A DNA stretch of 58,137 bases, filler included, from Mustelus asterias (lineage: Eukaryota): assembly GCF_964213995.1 (NCBI RefSeq). It is 3 parts of 3 records of this genome, joined end to end, with 100 filler letters (N's around TTAATTAATTAA, not from the genome) between each part and the next. Parts side by side here need not be neighbours in the genome. Positions count along the whole stretch, not along the records: positions 16,908 to 43,795 come from NW_027590881.1; 2 more parts are not named here. The stretch is one strand, 5' to 3'. The position numbers were made by a program, and so were the translations under genes. Every line of letters begins with the position of its first letter. The first letter of the stretch is position 1. Shown here piece after piece: positions 24,316 to 36,447 of this stretch. Below the pieces are notes generated by a model. The model was not told the origin of the DNA. It worked only from the letters and a program-made list of their open reading frames with translations, and made no database searches.

Positions 24316-25743
24316 CGTTGTTGTTTGCGATGGCCAAGTTTTGTTCATTTCTTTGCCGTGCACACGGCAGGATGCGTTTACCCGCAGTTTGGTTTGAGAA
24401 CCTGACAATGCAGGCAATCCAACAACCCAACGCACTCACAACTAATTCAAGACGTTTTCAAAAGTTCGCTATTCTTGTGGACATTCTCTTTATTCCTAGT
24501 CAACGATTCAGAGGACCCAATGCTTGTGGGTTCCGGCCCCTGGTTGTTCATTCGTGTGTTATGGCTGACTACTCAACTCTCTGTCTTTTTATGTTTCCCC
24601 TTGCTTCTGTGTATCGACCTCAGTCTCTTTCACTCTCTTCAGCTCTCTGAGCCTCCATCTCCTTTCCCTATTTTGCTCTTATTTCTCTCTAAGCTCTCGC
24701 TGTCTGTGTAACCAAAGTTCACTGGATTGATTGCTGTGATGAGGCAGTTGCCCTTGGAGGAGGGATTCAGTGGGATGACTCTGTTCTCTCTAGGGTTTGG
24801 AATAATGAGAAGTGATCTCATTGAAAAGTCTGGAACTGCGAGTGAGTTTGACAGTGTACATGCTGAGAGATTGCACACCCCCCCCCCGCCTCCCCCCCCC
24901 CGCCTCCCCCCCCCCCCCCACCGCCCCCCCCCCCCCCCCCCCGCCCGCCTCTCTCCCCCGCCCCCCAACCACCGGTTTCCCGGGTGGAGTGTCGAGAACA
25001 GGACTTACATTTTCCGAATGGTGTGTCAGACATTTAGGACCGAGGTGAGGAGCCAATTCTGCGCTCCAAGGCTTGTGAATCATTGGAATTCTGTTGCCCA
25101 GGGGTTTGTGGATCCTCAACCAATGAGAATGTTGAAGGCCTAGATGGCGAGATTTTTGAACTCTCAGGGAATAAAATGAAGTCGGGACGAGGTGGGAAAT
25201 TGGTGTTGAGCTGGCGATCCAACATGAGGTTATTATGTGATAGAGGAGGCGCAAAGGGAAATATGACTCACTCCAACTCCATCGTTTCTGTTCACTGCCA
25301 AAAGCAACCGAATGTCTTTCCCTACTGGTAAAGTTGAGGAGTTGTCCGAGGCAATGAATTGAGGTTTTGTGGAGGCTTGGGATCCAATCTCATTGCTGTA
25401 GAAATTTCAATTGTTTTAGTTTAAACGTCATGAAATACCTTCGCTCGATCATATCATGGCTCAGATTTAATGTATAGAATGCATCATTATTCATTTTGAC
25501 AACAGGAACCAGCAGAGACAATGGAAATATAAATTGTTGGAGGTAATTGATAGGATTGTGGAACGAGGCGGATATTTGATCCTTGTTTTGCAAACCGGCA
25601 TGAGTACCACTCATGATTTCGATCAGGAAGTAGAGACGTAATTCCAGATAGTGTGGATAGTATGTCCAGATATGCGCATCTGTATCTGGAAGTAATTCCA
25701 GCTGCTGTTCATTCATGTGCTGCACGAGAACAATGGAGCTGCA

Positions 25744-25792
25744 TCCCGGACTGGGGATTGAACGCGGGCCGTGGCAGTGGAAGCACCGAATC
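25744..25792 (-). pseudogene. tRNA-Glu-like 3' remnant
   Basis: ATTCGGTGCTTCCACTGCCACGGCCCGCGTTCAATCCCCAGTCCGGGA versus tRNA-Glu ATTCGGCGCTCTCACCGCCGCGGCCCGGGTTCGATTCCCGGTCAGGGA. Confidence 0.55.
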
Positions 25793-26444
25793 AGGGACGG
25801 CGTCTGTCTGCACTTTAATCTCACCGATCTGTGCTGGTTTTGCGCTTCAGCTCCATTTCAGTATTGTTTAATACCAGAGACGGACAAAATTGCCATGTTT
25901 CGATGGAACAGGAGTGGCTCCTTCTGCCAGTAACAGCGGTTGCAGTTACCTGGTACATGAAATGGACAGCGAGGTGAAACAATCCCATAAGTTGCTCATG
26001 TGTATCTTCCAAATTCCAAAATCCTCCAAACTCATCACTCTCGCTCCAGTGAAACATACAAGGCAACACAGAGCAGACAGGGCATTTAAATGGTCATCGG
26101 ATAAACATATGGATGATGTTGGAATAGTATAGGTTAGATGGGCTTTAGATTGGTTTCACAGTTCGGCGCAACATCGAGGGCCGAAGGGCCTGTGCTGCGC
26201 TGTCATGTTCTATGTTCTATGGCAGTGAAAGGAACTGACGCACGATTAGTTTAAATTCACTACTTTCTATCTCAGAATTTTACGGTGCTAAATATGTCAG
26301 TCTGGTGAATGTTTAACCCTGTCCTCAATCTACTGATCATTGCCGACTTGCTGTGTGTGATATGTAACAAAAAAACCGAGAACAAAAATATAAACAGCAG
26401 ATGTTGTAAGTTCTCAGTCGGTTTGGCACCATCTGTGCTCACAT

Positions 26445-27010
26445 CACTGTGCGCTTCTATCTCCGATGATGTCCCTGTATCGCTGTGTGCGTCCCTGAAT
26501 CTGTGTAAGCCCCTGTATCCGTGTAAGCCCCACTATCTTTGTGTGCATGCCCCTGATTGTTTGTATGCCCCAGTGTCTATGTATGCTCCAGCATCTCTGT
26601 GCGTATGCCCCTGATTCTGTTTGTGCCCTTGTATCTGTGCAAGCCTCAGTATCTCTGTGTGTATGCCCCAGTATCTCTGTGTGTATGCCCTTGATTCTGT
26701 GTGCGCCCTTGTATCTGTGTATGCCCCAGTATCTCTGTGTGTATGTCCTGATTCTGTATGTGCCCTTGTATCTGTGTATGCCCCAGTATCTGTGTGCGTG
26801 CGCCTGCACCTGCATGTGCCCTGAGTCTGTGTTTGCCCCACTTACGCTGTGCATGCCCCTGAATCTGTGTGTGCCCCCTGTATCTCTGTATGCCCCAGTA
26901 TCTGAGTCTGTGTGTGTGTGCTCCTGTATCTGTGTGTGCCGCTCTATCCGGGAGTGCCCCTGAAACTGTGTGTGCCCCTGTATCTGTACGGACCACGTTA
27001 TCTTTGTGTG

Positions 27011-27043
<33 letters not shown>

Positions 27044-27468
27044 ATGCGATTGTGTGCATTTCTGTGTGTGGGATTGTGTGCGTGTACGCGTGTGTGTGTG
27101 TGTGTGTGATTGTGTGTGTGTATGTGTGTCTGTGTGATAGTTCGTGTGATTGTGTGCGTGTATGTGTGTCCGTGTGTTTGTATGTGTGATTGTGTGCTTG
27201 TGTGTGTTTGCGATTGAGTGCGTGTATGTGTGTCTGTGTGTGATTGTGTGCGTGTGTGTGCGATTGTGTGCATGTGTGTGTGATTGTGTGCGTGATTTTG
27301 TGTGTGTGTGTGTGATTGTGTGTGTGTGTGTGATTGTGTGTGTGTGTGTGAATGTGTGTGTGATTGTGTGTGTGTGATTGTGCATGTGTGATTGTGTGCG
27401 TGTGTGATGGTGTGAGCGCGCGCACGCACGCGCACCTGAGAGAGTGTATGTGTGTGTGTGTGTGTGTG
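26445..27468. repeat. Compound satellite: ~20-22-bp GTATGCCCCAGTATCTCTGT-type minisatellite grading into degenerate (TG)n/(TGTGAT)n
   Basis: Visible tandem repeats; source of the spurious His/Thr-rich ORFs. Confidence 0.9.
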
Positions 27469-27867
27469 TTTTGGGAGAAAGTCCTCGTGCCTTCGGCAGA
27501 GTCCTGTCAGTTTCATGTTATAAAGTTTACTCTGGGCATTGAATTCAGCAATGTGAGTTGGAATTTCAGAGGAGCGACTATTCTCATCGTCCCACCTCTT
27601 GTTTGAATTGGGACAGATGAGTGAGTGAGTGACACCTACAGGTGGACCCTCTGCCCATTGTGGCGTCTCTGCCTGTGAGAGCATTGCTTTCTTGTGCAGT
27701 CGTTCGATGGGTATGATGCAATGACACCAGGAGAGGCATTCGCTGCATCATCTGCAATGTGATTTCGGTGGGATTTGCTGAGATTTCCTCAGTGTTTAAA
27801 ATTCCACTTTCTGAGAATTTTATATAAAATGTCCTTCAGCAAACCAATCGCCGGCTTTAGCAAAACA

Positions 27868-27940
27868 AATTTCCACCGAGATTTGAACTCGGCACGCTGG
27901 ATTCGAAGTCCAGAGTGCTCATCATTACACCAGTGAAGCC
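27868..27940 (-). pseudogene. tRNA-Gln pseudogene (anticodon position reads TCG)
   Basis: GGCTTCACTGGTGTAATGATGAGCACTCTGGACTTCGAATCCAGCGTGCCGAGTTCAAATCTCGGTGGAAATT aligns to vertebrate tRNA-Gln; the acceptor stem is damaged. Confidence 0.8.
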
Positions 27941-28798
27941 AGAACCCAGACGCCCGCTGCAAATGGTCACTCACAGCATTTGACGTTTTTCATTCAATGT
28001 GGCAGCTACGGCAAGTGTGACAACAATGTGTTGTTATGCGCTGACATTATTATGCTAAAAACTCAGAAGACACTGCCCCCAAATCAACAGCATTTCATTA
28101 CATCCAAAACCGTATGAGCAGAAATAGTCATGTTTCACGGGGGCAAGTAGCCCGTCATAGTGACACAGAAACGGCTGTTCAGCCGGTCGCGTATTTTGAC
28201 TTTGCTGAGCTGTCAGTTACGGCGTTCATATAATCATAGTAGGCAGACAGAGCAAAGGGAGGGCACTGGTCCCATTGAGGCTGCACCGACTTTGACAGAG
28301 CACCTTTTCAATGCAACAACTCCCTGACAGAGCCCTCGCCCCGCCGTAACCCAGAAACCGCACACATGGTAAATCTTGTGACAATGGGGTCCAATTTACC
28401 ATGGCTAATCCACCAAGCGTGTACGTCTCTGTGTGAGGAAACCGGAGCACCCGGAGGAAACCCATGCAGAGACGGGGAGAACGTGCAAGCTTACTGCTGT
28501 AACATTACTGTCCAATGAAACAACCAGCCAACCAGGAAATCTGACCGCGAGTGAGCTGAACTTCCATAACCGCCTGGAAATGCTTCCAACTTATTGGGAG
28601 GTTGCTCACGCAGTCTTGGCTTAATCGAAGAAACGTCATTATGCATTGAAACATATATAAAATCAACCGCTCCCTAAGATTAAAAAATAATAATTTTTAG
28701 TATTTCCCTTGATTTCGTGCCCAATATCCATTAATATTCCACTCATTGTGAGTCTGCCCAGCCGCACGTAGAGCTCAGCTCCATGTCACATACCCTCC

Positions 28799-28837
28799 AG
28801 TTATTGTACGAGTGTTGAACAGGCTGTTATAGCTGTG
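28799..28837 (-). promoter_or_regulatory. Recombination signal sequence, 23-bp spacer (V segment 1)
   Basis: CACAGCT - ATAACAGCCTGTTCAACACTCGT (23 nt) - ACAATAACT, directly 3' of the V coding end. Confidence 0.92.
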
Positions 28838-29144
28838 AGAGTCAGTGCGCAGGAGTATATGGCTGTATCAGAGAGCCGCAGTTTGGAGACGGTTAAGGTA
28901 AAGATTCCACTCGAACTGTCCAGCCCAGAGGAGAATCGGCTTCGAGCAAAATCCGCTTTAATTTCGTAACCAGCCGAAAATCTGCGAAGTAGCATTTGTG
29001 GTTCTCTCCCAAGGAATTGTCGGACCCAGAATAAACTGAAGGAATTTTCTGTTGTAACGTAGATGCAGTTTAAAGTTGTAATGTCTCCTTCTGTCCTAAG
29101 CACTGTTGGACGGCGTTGGGTAACAGAGAATTCTTGACTAAAAC
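28838..29144 (-). CDS. T-cell receptor alpha/delta-type V gene segment, V exon (open frame)
   Basis: catccag acceptor. FSQEFSVTQRRPTVLRTEGDITTLNC..LFWVRQFLGREPQMLL..RFSSGLDSSSGIFTLTVSKLRLSDTAIYSCAL retains the canonical Cys, Trp and Cys, and is followed by a 23-RSS. Confidence 0.92.
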
Positions 29145-29238
29145 CTGGATGAAATGGGAAACAAAGTCAAACATTAAACCGTTACTACATATCAAGTGCT
29201 GTTCACGTTTAGTTCAAAATTGCACCCAAATTAATTAC

Positions 29239-29284
29239 CTGTAATAAACGCTCCAAACATGGCACAGATACCGAATAACCGCAT
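29239..29284 (-). CDS. Leader exon of TCR V segment 1 (MRLFGICAMFGAFIT-G)
   Basis: ATG, hydrophobic signal peptide, ACAG|gtaatt donor (phase 1) and a 94-bp intron to the V exon. Confidence 0.88.
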
Positions 29285-31065
29285 TGCTGTTTGTCTTTAC
29301 GTGTATTTACTGAGAAACCTGCAGACACTGGCAATATGTCACCGCTGGTTATCCCCGTAGTGAGGCTCGGTGTCTCCTCCTGTTCCCGCTCATATGTCAT
29401 AACATTCAGTGTTTTTCGTCGGGGACGGCCGCCAGTCTCCTGACAATCGGACAGTAACTGATCCAATCGCACAAACTGCAAAGATTGAAATTTCAAACGG
29501 GATAATGATATTCAGAAGGAAGTAACATTTATCATTCAATGGCATCAATGTACAATGCCGCGATTCACACACTGAGTGTGTGTGAACGCACAGTCATCAC
29601 GGACACTGCTGAAGATTCGAATTGCTTTAATTTAACAGCAATATATTAGAATTCACATGTACGACATAGCGAACACAGAATGTGACACACATTGATAAAG
29701 TGCAGGGAATATGTTATAAATAACGGATCTTTTATGAATGTTCCGTTCATGCAGGATTTTTAGAATCCGGGATTAATATTTTACAAATTCAAAGGGATTT
29801 ATAAGTTTACAGTTTCACTTATGGACAATTCTGCTAAACTTTCAGTTAGCACTGATTCAGCAGCTTTTTTTTTTACCTTACGTCCTCGCTGTGACCATAA
29901 CTTGCAAAATCAGTCGTCCAATTAATGAAATGCTTACTTTGTCACCTTTACCCGAATGAAGACTCCTTGAGAAAAGAAAGTGCACCGTTGTCAGTTTAAC
30001 CGCTAACGTAATTATAAAGCGAGCTCGGGAGGTGGAGCTTCTCGCTGCTGCCATCACCTGAGATTGGCAGTTGCGGTCCCAGTTACCTCAGTCAGATACA
30101 GGTGCACATCCGGTTCTAACGGCATTTTCTCATCTACATGTAACTCCTGATAGAAACAGTGACCGAATGTAAGGATGTGTAATTCTCTGTTGAAGATGAT
30201 TCATAGAAAAATGTTCAGCTCCTGCAAATCCTACTGAGACCACAGATTTCCGCTCCAAGTTCATTCTGATGATCAAATTATTTAATTCAATTTGAAGCAA
30301 TTGAAAAATAAAGTGGAGTAATGAAGATCAGAACAGAGAAGGGGAAATGTTTTAATAGGGCATATGAAACACCAACACGTTGTGTAACGTCAGAGTTAGA
30401 GACTAAGAAAAGCTTTCAGCGCTTTATAGTGTTCAATATCAGCAGCAAATTCCTCAGATAAATCATTGAAAGTTTAGCCATTTTGGAGAATTGGAAACTG
30501 GAAACAAATAAATTTCAGCACCACCAGTTATCCTAAAGCATGTGACAGCCAATGCGGCACTTTCGCAATGCAGTCATTGTTGCAATGTCTGGAAAATAAC
30601 ATCCCTTACAGAGGAAACAGTGGGTACGTGACAATGTCACCGCTAATTAGTCAGAGGGCCATGTTAATCTTCCACACCAATTGATTCAATTCTAACATTT
30701 GAAACTGGTAAACGTTATATTAACAAAGTCAGTGATTTAAAATTAATATCAATAATGGTGATCGTGAATTTTCATCGTTTGACATGGAAAATTAATTTAC
30801 TCAGCAATGTCCTTCAGGGCGTCAGGGGAGGACATCGCCATCTCCCCTTAACCTGACCGACATGCGACTCCAGATTGACTCTTAACTACTCTCTGAACCC
30901 AGCAGCAAGCCATTTACTTTCAGGACAATTAGGGATCCATGGAATGCATGCGATCCCTGCAGTGCAGATGGTGGCCACTTGGCCCATCGCGTCTGCGCAC
31001 ATTCTCCGAAAGAGCGTGTTAACAAATCCACCACGCGGTCATGCCACAGACCACCTCGAATTGTT

Positions 31066-31104
31066 AGCTTTTGTACGAGTGTTAAGGCTCGATGTAACGT
31101 GGTG
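31066..31104 (-). promoter_or_regulatory. Recombination signal sequence, 23-bp spacer (V segment 2)
   Basis: CACCACG - TTACATCGAGCCTTAACACTCGT (23 nt) - ACAAAAGCT. Confidence 0.85.
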
Positions 31105-31412
31105 CTTCATCGCCGCGCAGTAATACATGGCTGAGTCAGAAAGCTGAGTGTCTGTGATGTTCAAAGGGATGTTTGTGTTCATTTCATCCTATACAGCACA
31201 AAACCGCTTTCCAAATGCCGGCGCGTTCTCTTCATTACCAGCAGTATGTCTGAACAGCATCTACTGAAGGCCCTGTCCCGAGTACTGTACGTACCAATAT
31301 AGGTAAGCTGCTGTGTATGTGGCGAGGTAGTGACAGGACAACACCACAGTACCCCCTTCACTCACTGCTACTACTGTGGGCTTTAGGAAAAGTTCATCCA
31401 GCTGGCTGTGCG
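31105..31412 (-). pseudogene. TCR alpha/delta-type V pseudogene (two in-frame TAG stops)
   Basis: ttttccag acceptor. HSQLDELFLKPTVVAVSEGGTVVLSCHYLATYTAAYLYWYVQYSGQGLQ*MLFRH..KRFCAV*DEMNTNIPLNITDTQLSDSAMYYCAAMK, followed by a 23-RSS. No clean leader exon was found. Confidence 0.9.
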
Positions 31413-32679
31413 CTGGAAAAAAATAACAGAATGTGATAAACATAATTTTTAGATGTGTTTTTGATTAAAATGAAACACGTTTTGAGCACAATTTCTCTCT
31501 CTCTCAAACGCATACACTCTTACAGACAAAAATACGCGCATTATCTGTCTCTCTCACTTCCAACACAATCACAAAAACATATTCTCTCTTTCGCCACATA
31601 GGTTCTCTATTACAGATAAAATTAGGTACAGTTATACACAGACACACACAGAAACTCACAATACACAGGGACACAAACACAGGGACACAAACAAAGACAC
31701 ACAGACATCCACACACAGTCAGGCACACGCAGACACACAGTCAAACACATAGATACAGACAGACACACGCGCACACACACACACATACACAGAAAAGACA
31801 CACATACGGAAAACACACTGACACAGATATATGAATAAAAACGCGGGTTCTTATTCATTTATCTACTGAAATTTAGCGATGGACTCCATTCTGAGTAGAA
31901 TTAAAATGGGGGAATGTCCAGATATGTATTTCCTGAGTTAACTGGCCCCAGGCTATGAACATTGCAATTGTCTTCTGATTATATTCATCAACCAAGGCTA
32001 CTCTGCTGGGGGAAACAACCGCCCCCCCCCCCCCCCACAAGCCGCCGCACCGCCCCCCCCCCCCCCCCCCCACCCCCCGCCAATCCAGGCCTGCCGTTCT
32101 GACAGAAACAGTTCAGTTTTGATTTTCCATTAAATGGAATCGGGGCATTCATTGGTCCAAGAGCACAACGTGAGGAGCCAGGCGTCACAAATGAGGGGAA
32201 TAAATATTAGAGAAAAATCGAAAAAAAACATCAATGAAATAAAACGGTGATAATCGCCGGAAATGCTCATTCGTTTGAAGAACCATGAGCAAAAGCAATA
32301 GATTGGCGGATATCTTTCTAGGCCAGCAATCAAAGTGAAGATCAGAAGGCATGTTTGTGCTCAATATTGCGTCCAAATACCATACTGTACGGAAATGTGC
32401 GCTGCACATTCAATCAATTTGATACATCCTATTACCGTATTTACCAACACATGACCATGAATCCCATACACAACATGCAAACTGCGATTGCCAGCTAACT
32501 TTTCTGACGTGTCCAGGCAGCCAATTGGTGCGTTGTTGCGGCTTTGTGTGTGTGTTCTGTGTGTGTGTGTGTGTGTGTATGATTGGGCGGGAGGTGGAGC
32601 TGTGATGGCGGGGCGGGAGGTGGAGGTGTGATGGGGTGGGGGAGAGCGTGGAGCGGTTGGGGGCTAGACGGGTGGGGTT

Positions 32680-33720
32680 AAGGGTAGTCATGGCAGGAGA
32701 GCTTGCACCTCTCCTATGCTTCGATTGTTCGATATGGCAACAGTGCAAGTTTCAGGTGTCACGAGTGACCACGTGGTCAGGAGGCGTGTCCAAATGTAGC
32801 TACTGGCTAACCACATTTCGAAGCTGAGGCTGAGGAGTTTCAGTGTGGAGCATTCGCATAACTGAGCAAGTCGTCGATAACATGTTCCGAATGTGATCAC
32901 ACCGCAGGTGAAGGTTGAAAAGGCAGAAAGCCCATGGGTGACCGCTAGGCGGAGTAGAGGAAGGAAGGTAGTTCAGGAGTCGCCTGTGGGCATCTAGCAG
33001 ATATAACGTTTTGGCTACTGTTTCTTTCGTGGTGTGGGGGAGGGGGTGCTCTGCTGTTTACTTCGTGGTGGAGCGGGGGTGGGGGGCTTACTGCGCCGGG
33101 GAAAGCAGTGACAGTCAACGTCGCGGCAACATGCATGGGTCTGCTGCACAATAGGGGAGTAGGAAAATGACATTGCTATAGAGGAAGGGATTCAATTCTA
33201 AGGGGAAAAGACTTACATTTCTGGGATGGTGTGCTGCCTCCCTCGTACTAGGGTCAGAATGTCACTAAAGGACTGCAACTTTTTCTGAAGGTGGAGGGGT
33301 TAAGGGGGGGGATTGGCGGGGGGAGGGGGGAGAGGGGGGATCACGGGGGGGGGGGGGGTGCGAGGGGGGGGAAGGAGGGGGCTGAAGGTGGTATACAAAA
33401 ATCGTAATGAGTATTGAATTGAACAAAATAAGATAACAAGCGAGGAAATCCTGCAAACAGTGCTCATGGAGCCAAGAAGTAGATCAAACAAAAAAAAGAA
33501 GTTAGCCATCTCAGCCTTACGTGTTAGTGAGTTTAGAAATAGGCGGTTAGTTGAGAAGAATGTGTGTCTGGAGAATAGATGCAGAATTGAGGACTTCAGA
33601 CTTCTAGGACACTCGGACTGTTTTCGGAGACTGTGGGACCTGTGCAAGAAATTCGGTTTGCAACTGAACCGAAATTGGAATGGCTACCAATATATTGGCT
33701 TCAATAGTGTAAAATTCCCT
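32680..33720 (+). mobile_element. Highly degenerate CR1 ORF1-region fragment
   Basis: GGATGGTGTGCTGCCTCCCTCGTACTAGGGTC near 33225 matches the MVCCLPGARV segment of CR1 ORF1 seen at 53976. Boundaries are approximate. Confidence 0.5.
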
Positions 33721-34324
33721 CGATGCAGGAATAGTTCTGGTGGATTGAAAATATGCAAATACAACGTCCTAACTCTTTAAACTCGGTTTGACTGACATCA
33801 TCAAATCTGAAAATGTTTATCTCACTCACGAGTGCAGCTTATTTTGTTTCAAGTCAGAACCCAAATGCATTTATTTTTCTCAATTAAAGGAGCTTCTCAT
33901 TATCAATCCACACCAGACTGGAATGTAAAACTGTGAATGCCATGTCCTCAGCAGATCAGACTCGGCTCTGTGAAGAGAGAAACAGATGATCAGATGACAG
34001 CTCTCTGACCTTTCATCTGAACTGAAATATAAATGTAATACGTTATTATCAAATGAAAAGGGGACACGATAAAGCCAGGATAAATCAAAATTGAGTTCAA
34101 CATTTGATATATTAATCTCTGTCTTATTTTCTTTCGCTCTTTTTCCCCCATTTATTTCTCTCATTCTTTATGTTACTTGAATCCCTTCCCGCAATCCCCG
34201 CATTATCACGGTTTCTCCTCAGTTTGGTTGTGCCTTTTGTTTCCTTGATAGGTCGGATTATCAGCAGAGGCGTTGGTCACTGACAGAGGACATGTTGCAT
34301 TTCTCCCCACTGTGAACTGTGCTT

Positions 34325-35475
34325 AGTCATAGAGTCGTACAGCGCAGTAGGGACGGTTTGGCCCATCGAGTGTGCAACGACAATAACTGCCACAAACATC
34401 GCGCTAATCCCATTTTCTAGCACGTGTCCCATATCCTTGAATGCTATTATTTTTCAAGTGTTCATTCCGATACTTTTTAAAGTTTGTAACTTTTCTGGCC
34501 TCCAATAATACCTTCGCAGGCGCTGTACTGCACATGCCCAACAACCTCTTCGTGAAAACAATACCTGCCGAATCTCGAGCCCCTTAGCTTAAAACTATGC
34601 CCCCTCGTGATTAACATCTCAACAAAGGGGAAGAGCCGCTTTCCCTTCACCCTGTTCATGAACCTCAAACTTATATGCCACAATCAGCCCCCGCACTCCT
34701 TCAGCTTTCTCTGCTCAAAGGAAAACAATCCAACCCTCTCCACTTCCCCCTTTTCGCTCAAATGCTCCGTCCCAGGAAAAATCTTGGTGAATCTGCTCTG
34801 TCCCCCTGTTAGTGCAATCATATCCTTCCTATAGTGAGCTGGCCAGAACTGCGCACAGTACTCCAGCACTGGCCTAACCACCGCTCTGTACAACACCAAC
34901 GTTAATTCCTTGCCCTTATATTCTGTGCCACGACTGATAAAAACAAGTGTCCCTTATGCCGTCGTAGCTATCCTATTCAACTGCTCTGCCACCTTCAGGG
35001 ATCTGTTTATAAGTATTCCTAATCCACATGTTCCTCTGAACTCCCTAATGTCCTGCGATTCATTAAATAGTCACCTGTGTTATTATTTCTTCCAAAGTGC
35101 ATCACCTCGCACTTATCTGGTTAATACACCATCTGTCACTGTTCGTTCCATCTGACCAACCTATCGAGATCTTCTTTTAACATAGGGTTTTCGTCTTCAA
35201 TATTAACCACGCCAACAATCTTTGTACCAGCTGCAAACTTCTTATAATTCCCCTCAAATTATTATCTGTATTATTTATGCATGTAACAAACAAAAAGCGT
35301 CTCAGCACTGAAACCTCTCGTAGGCCACTGTGCTCTAACCTCCATTCATTCGAACGGACTTCTACCACTACACTATGTGTCCTGTTATGAAGACATTTTC
35401 CGATCCATCTCGCCCAGTTTCCTGAATTCCAAGTGCTTCTATATTCTCAATCAGTCTCCCTTGTGGGACCTTCTC
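34325..35475 (-). mobile_element. Degenerate CR1 3' fragment
   Basis: LYRAVVRPVLEYCAQFWPAHYRKD motif plus 3'UTR remnants. Confidence 0.8.
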
Positions 35476-35749
35476 AGTGCTTTGCTAAAACAAAACAAAC
35501 TACGTCAACTGCACTTCCCTCAGTCACAGGGGAAGCAAGTTAAAAGACGCAACTTGAAAGTGGCAAGATTTGACATGTGCGTCGTATGTATCATCTGACT
35601 CTTCTTCAGAGTTTATTGTTAATGTTACACCTTTGATTTTTCCAGCTCTGATACAAGTTCATCCAGCTGGAAGATTAACCTTGTTTCTCCCTTCACAGGC
35701 GCTGTGAGTCGTGTTTTCATTAAATGAAGAATTGAACAAAAGATGATGG

Positions 35750-35814
35750 ACTCCATGACTGGAAATTGAACGTGGGGCCACTGCGCCGAATCCTGGTCAC
35801 TATGCTCTCAGGGA
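35750..35814 (-). pseudogene. tRNA-Glu-like remnant
   Basis: TTCCCTGAGAGCATAGTGACCAGGATTCGGCGCAGTGGCCCCACGTTCAATTTCCAGTCATGGA; the anticodon loop is deleted. Confidence 0.5.
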
Positions 35815-36364
35815 AGCTGATGTGACGCATTGGTAATGAGATGATCATCTCCGTACCCATTGCTTTAATTCAAATAACTTTCCCTAAAAACATAGTCACA
35901 ATGAGGAATGATGAGAAGCGTACATGACAGGATTTGAACTTCACTTGGAAAATCTAAATTCATCACATTTCTCCCTGGAACCAAATGAGAAAATGTTGGA
36001 AAACCTCAGCAGGTCAGGTCGCATCTGTAAGGAGAGAAAAGAGCTGTAGCTTCGAATCCAGATGACTCCTTTTCAGAGATTCCAGCATCCGCAGTAATTT
36101 GCTTTTATCCAGAACTTAACCCCTGGGCCGGGAATACAGACTCACTGTTGCTTATATCGGCAGCCAGTCATTCAGCCGGTGTATCCGTATGTTCCCCCTA
36201 TAGGAGCAACTACACTCCTTGCACACATTCTCCATTACCCCAGCAACTGTTTAATTGGCACTGTTCCTCCTCTTTTTTCCTACCAGGAACGACACCGCCC
36301 ACACTGCTACATTCAATCTGAGCTGTTTATCTTCAGCTGCAAGGGCCAAAGCAAACAACAATTC

Positions 36365-36447
36365 TGTCAACGATGGGATTCGAAGGAACTTTTCTGCAGA
36401 AACTAGAGTATTATGTCCAGCGCCGTAGACCACTCGGCCACGCTAAA
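36365..36447 (-). pseudogene. tRNA-Leu pseudogene
   Basis: TAGCGTGGCCGAGTGGTCTACGGCGCTGGA..TTCGAATCCCATCGTTGACA aligns to tRNA-Leu GGTAGCGTGGCCGAGCGGTCTAAGGCGCTGGA..TTCGAATCCCACCGCTGCCA. Confidence 0.75.

Noticed and set aside
26444-27684. His/Thr-rich and Cys/Val-rich ORFs (also 31504-31858 and 46220-46532)
   Set aside because: Translations of CA/TG microsatellites.
31925-31990. Possible leader exon for V segment 2 (TIAMFIAWGQLTQ-like)
   Set aside because: No full-length in-frame leader (the upstream ATG is out of frame) and the donor reads GA rather than GT; it cannot be supported.
35918-36135. Possible split tRNA-Ser remnant interrupted by a Penelope-like repeat
   Set aside because: Only short B-box-like and A-box-like matches remain; too degenerate to call.
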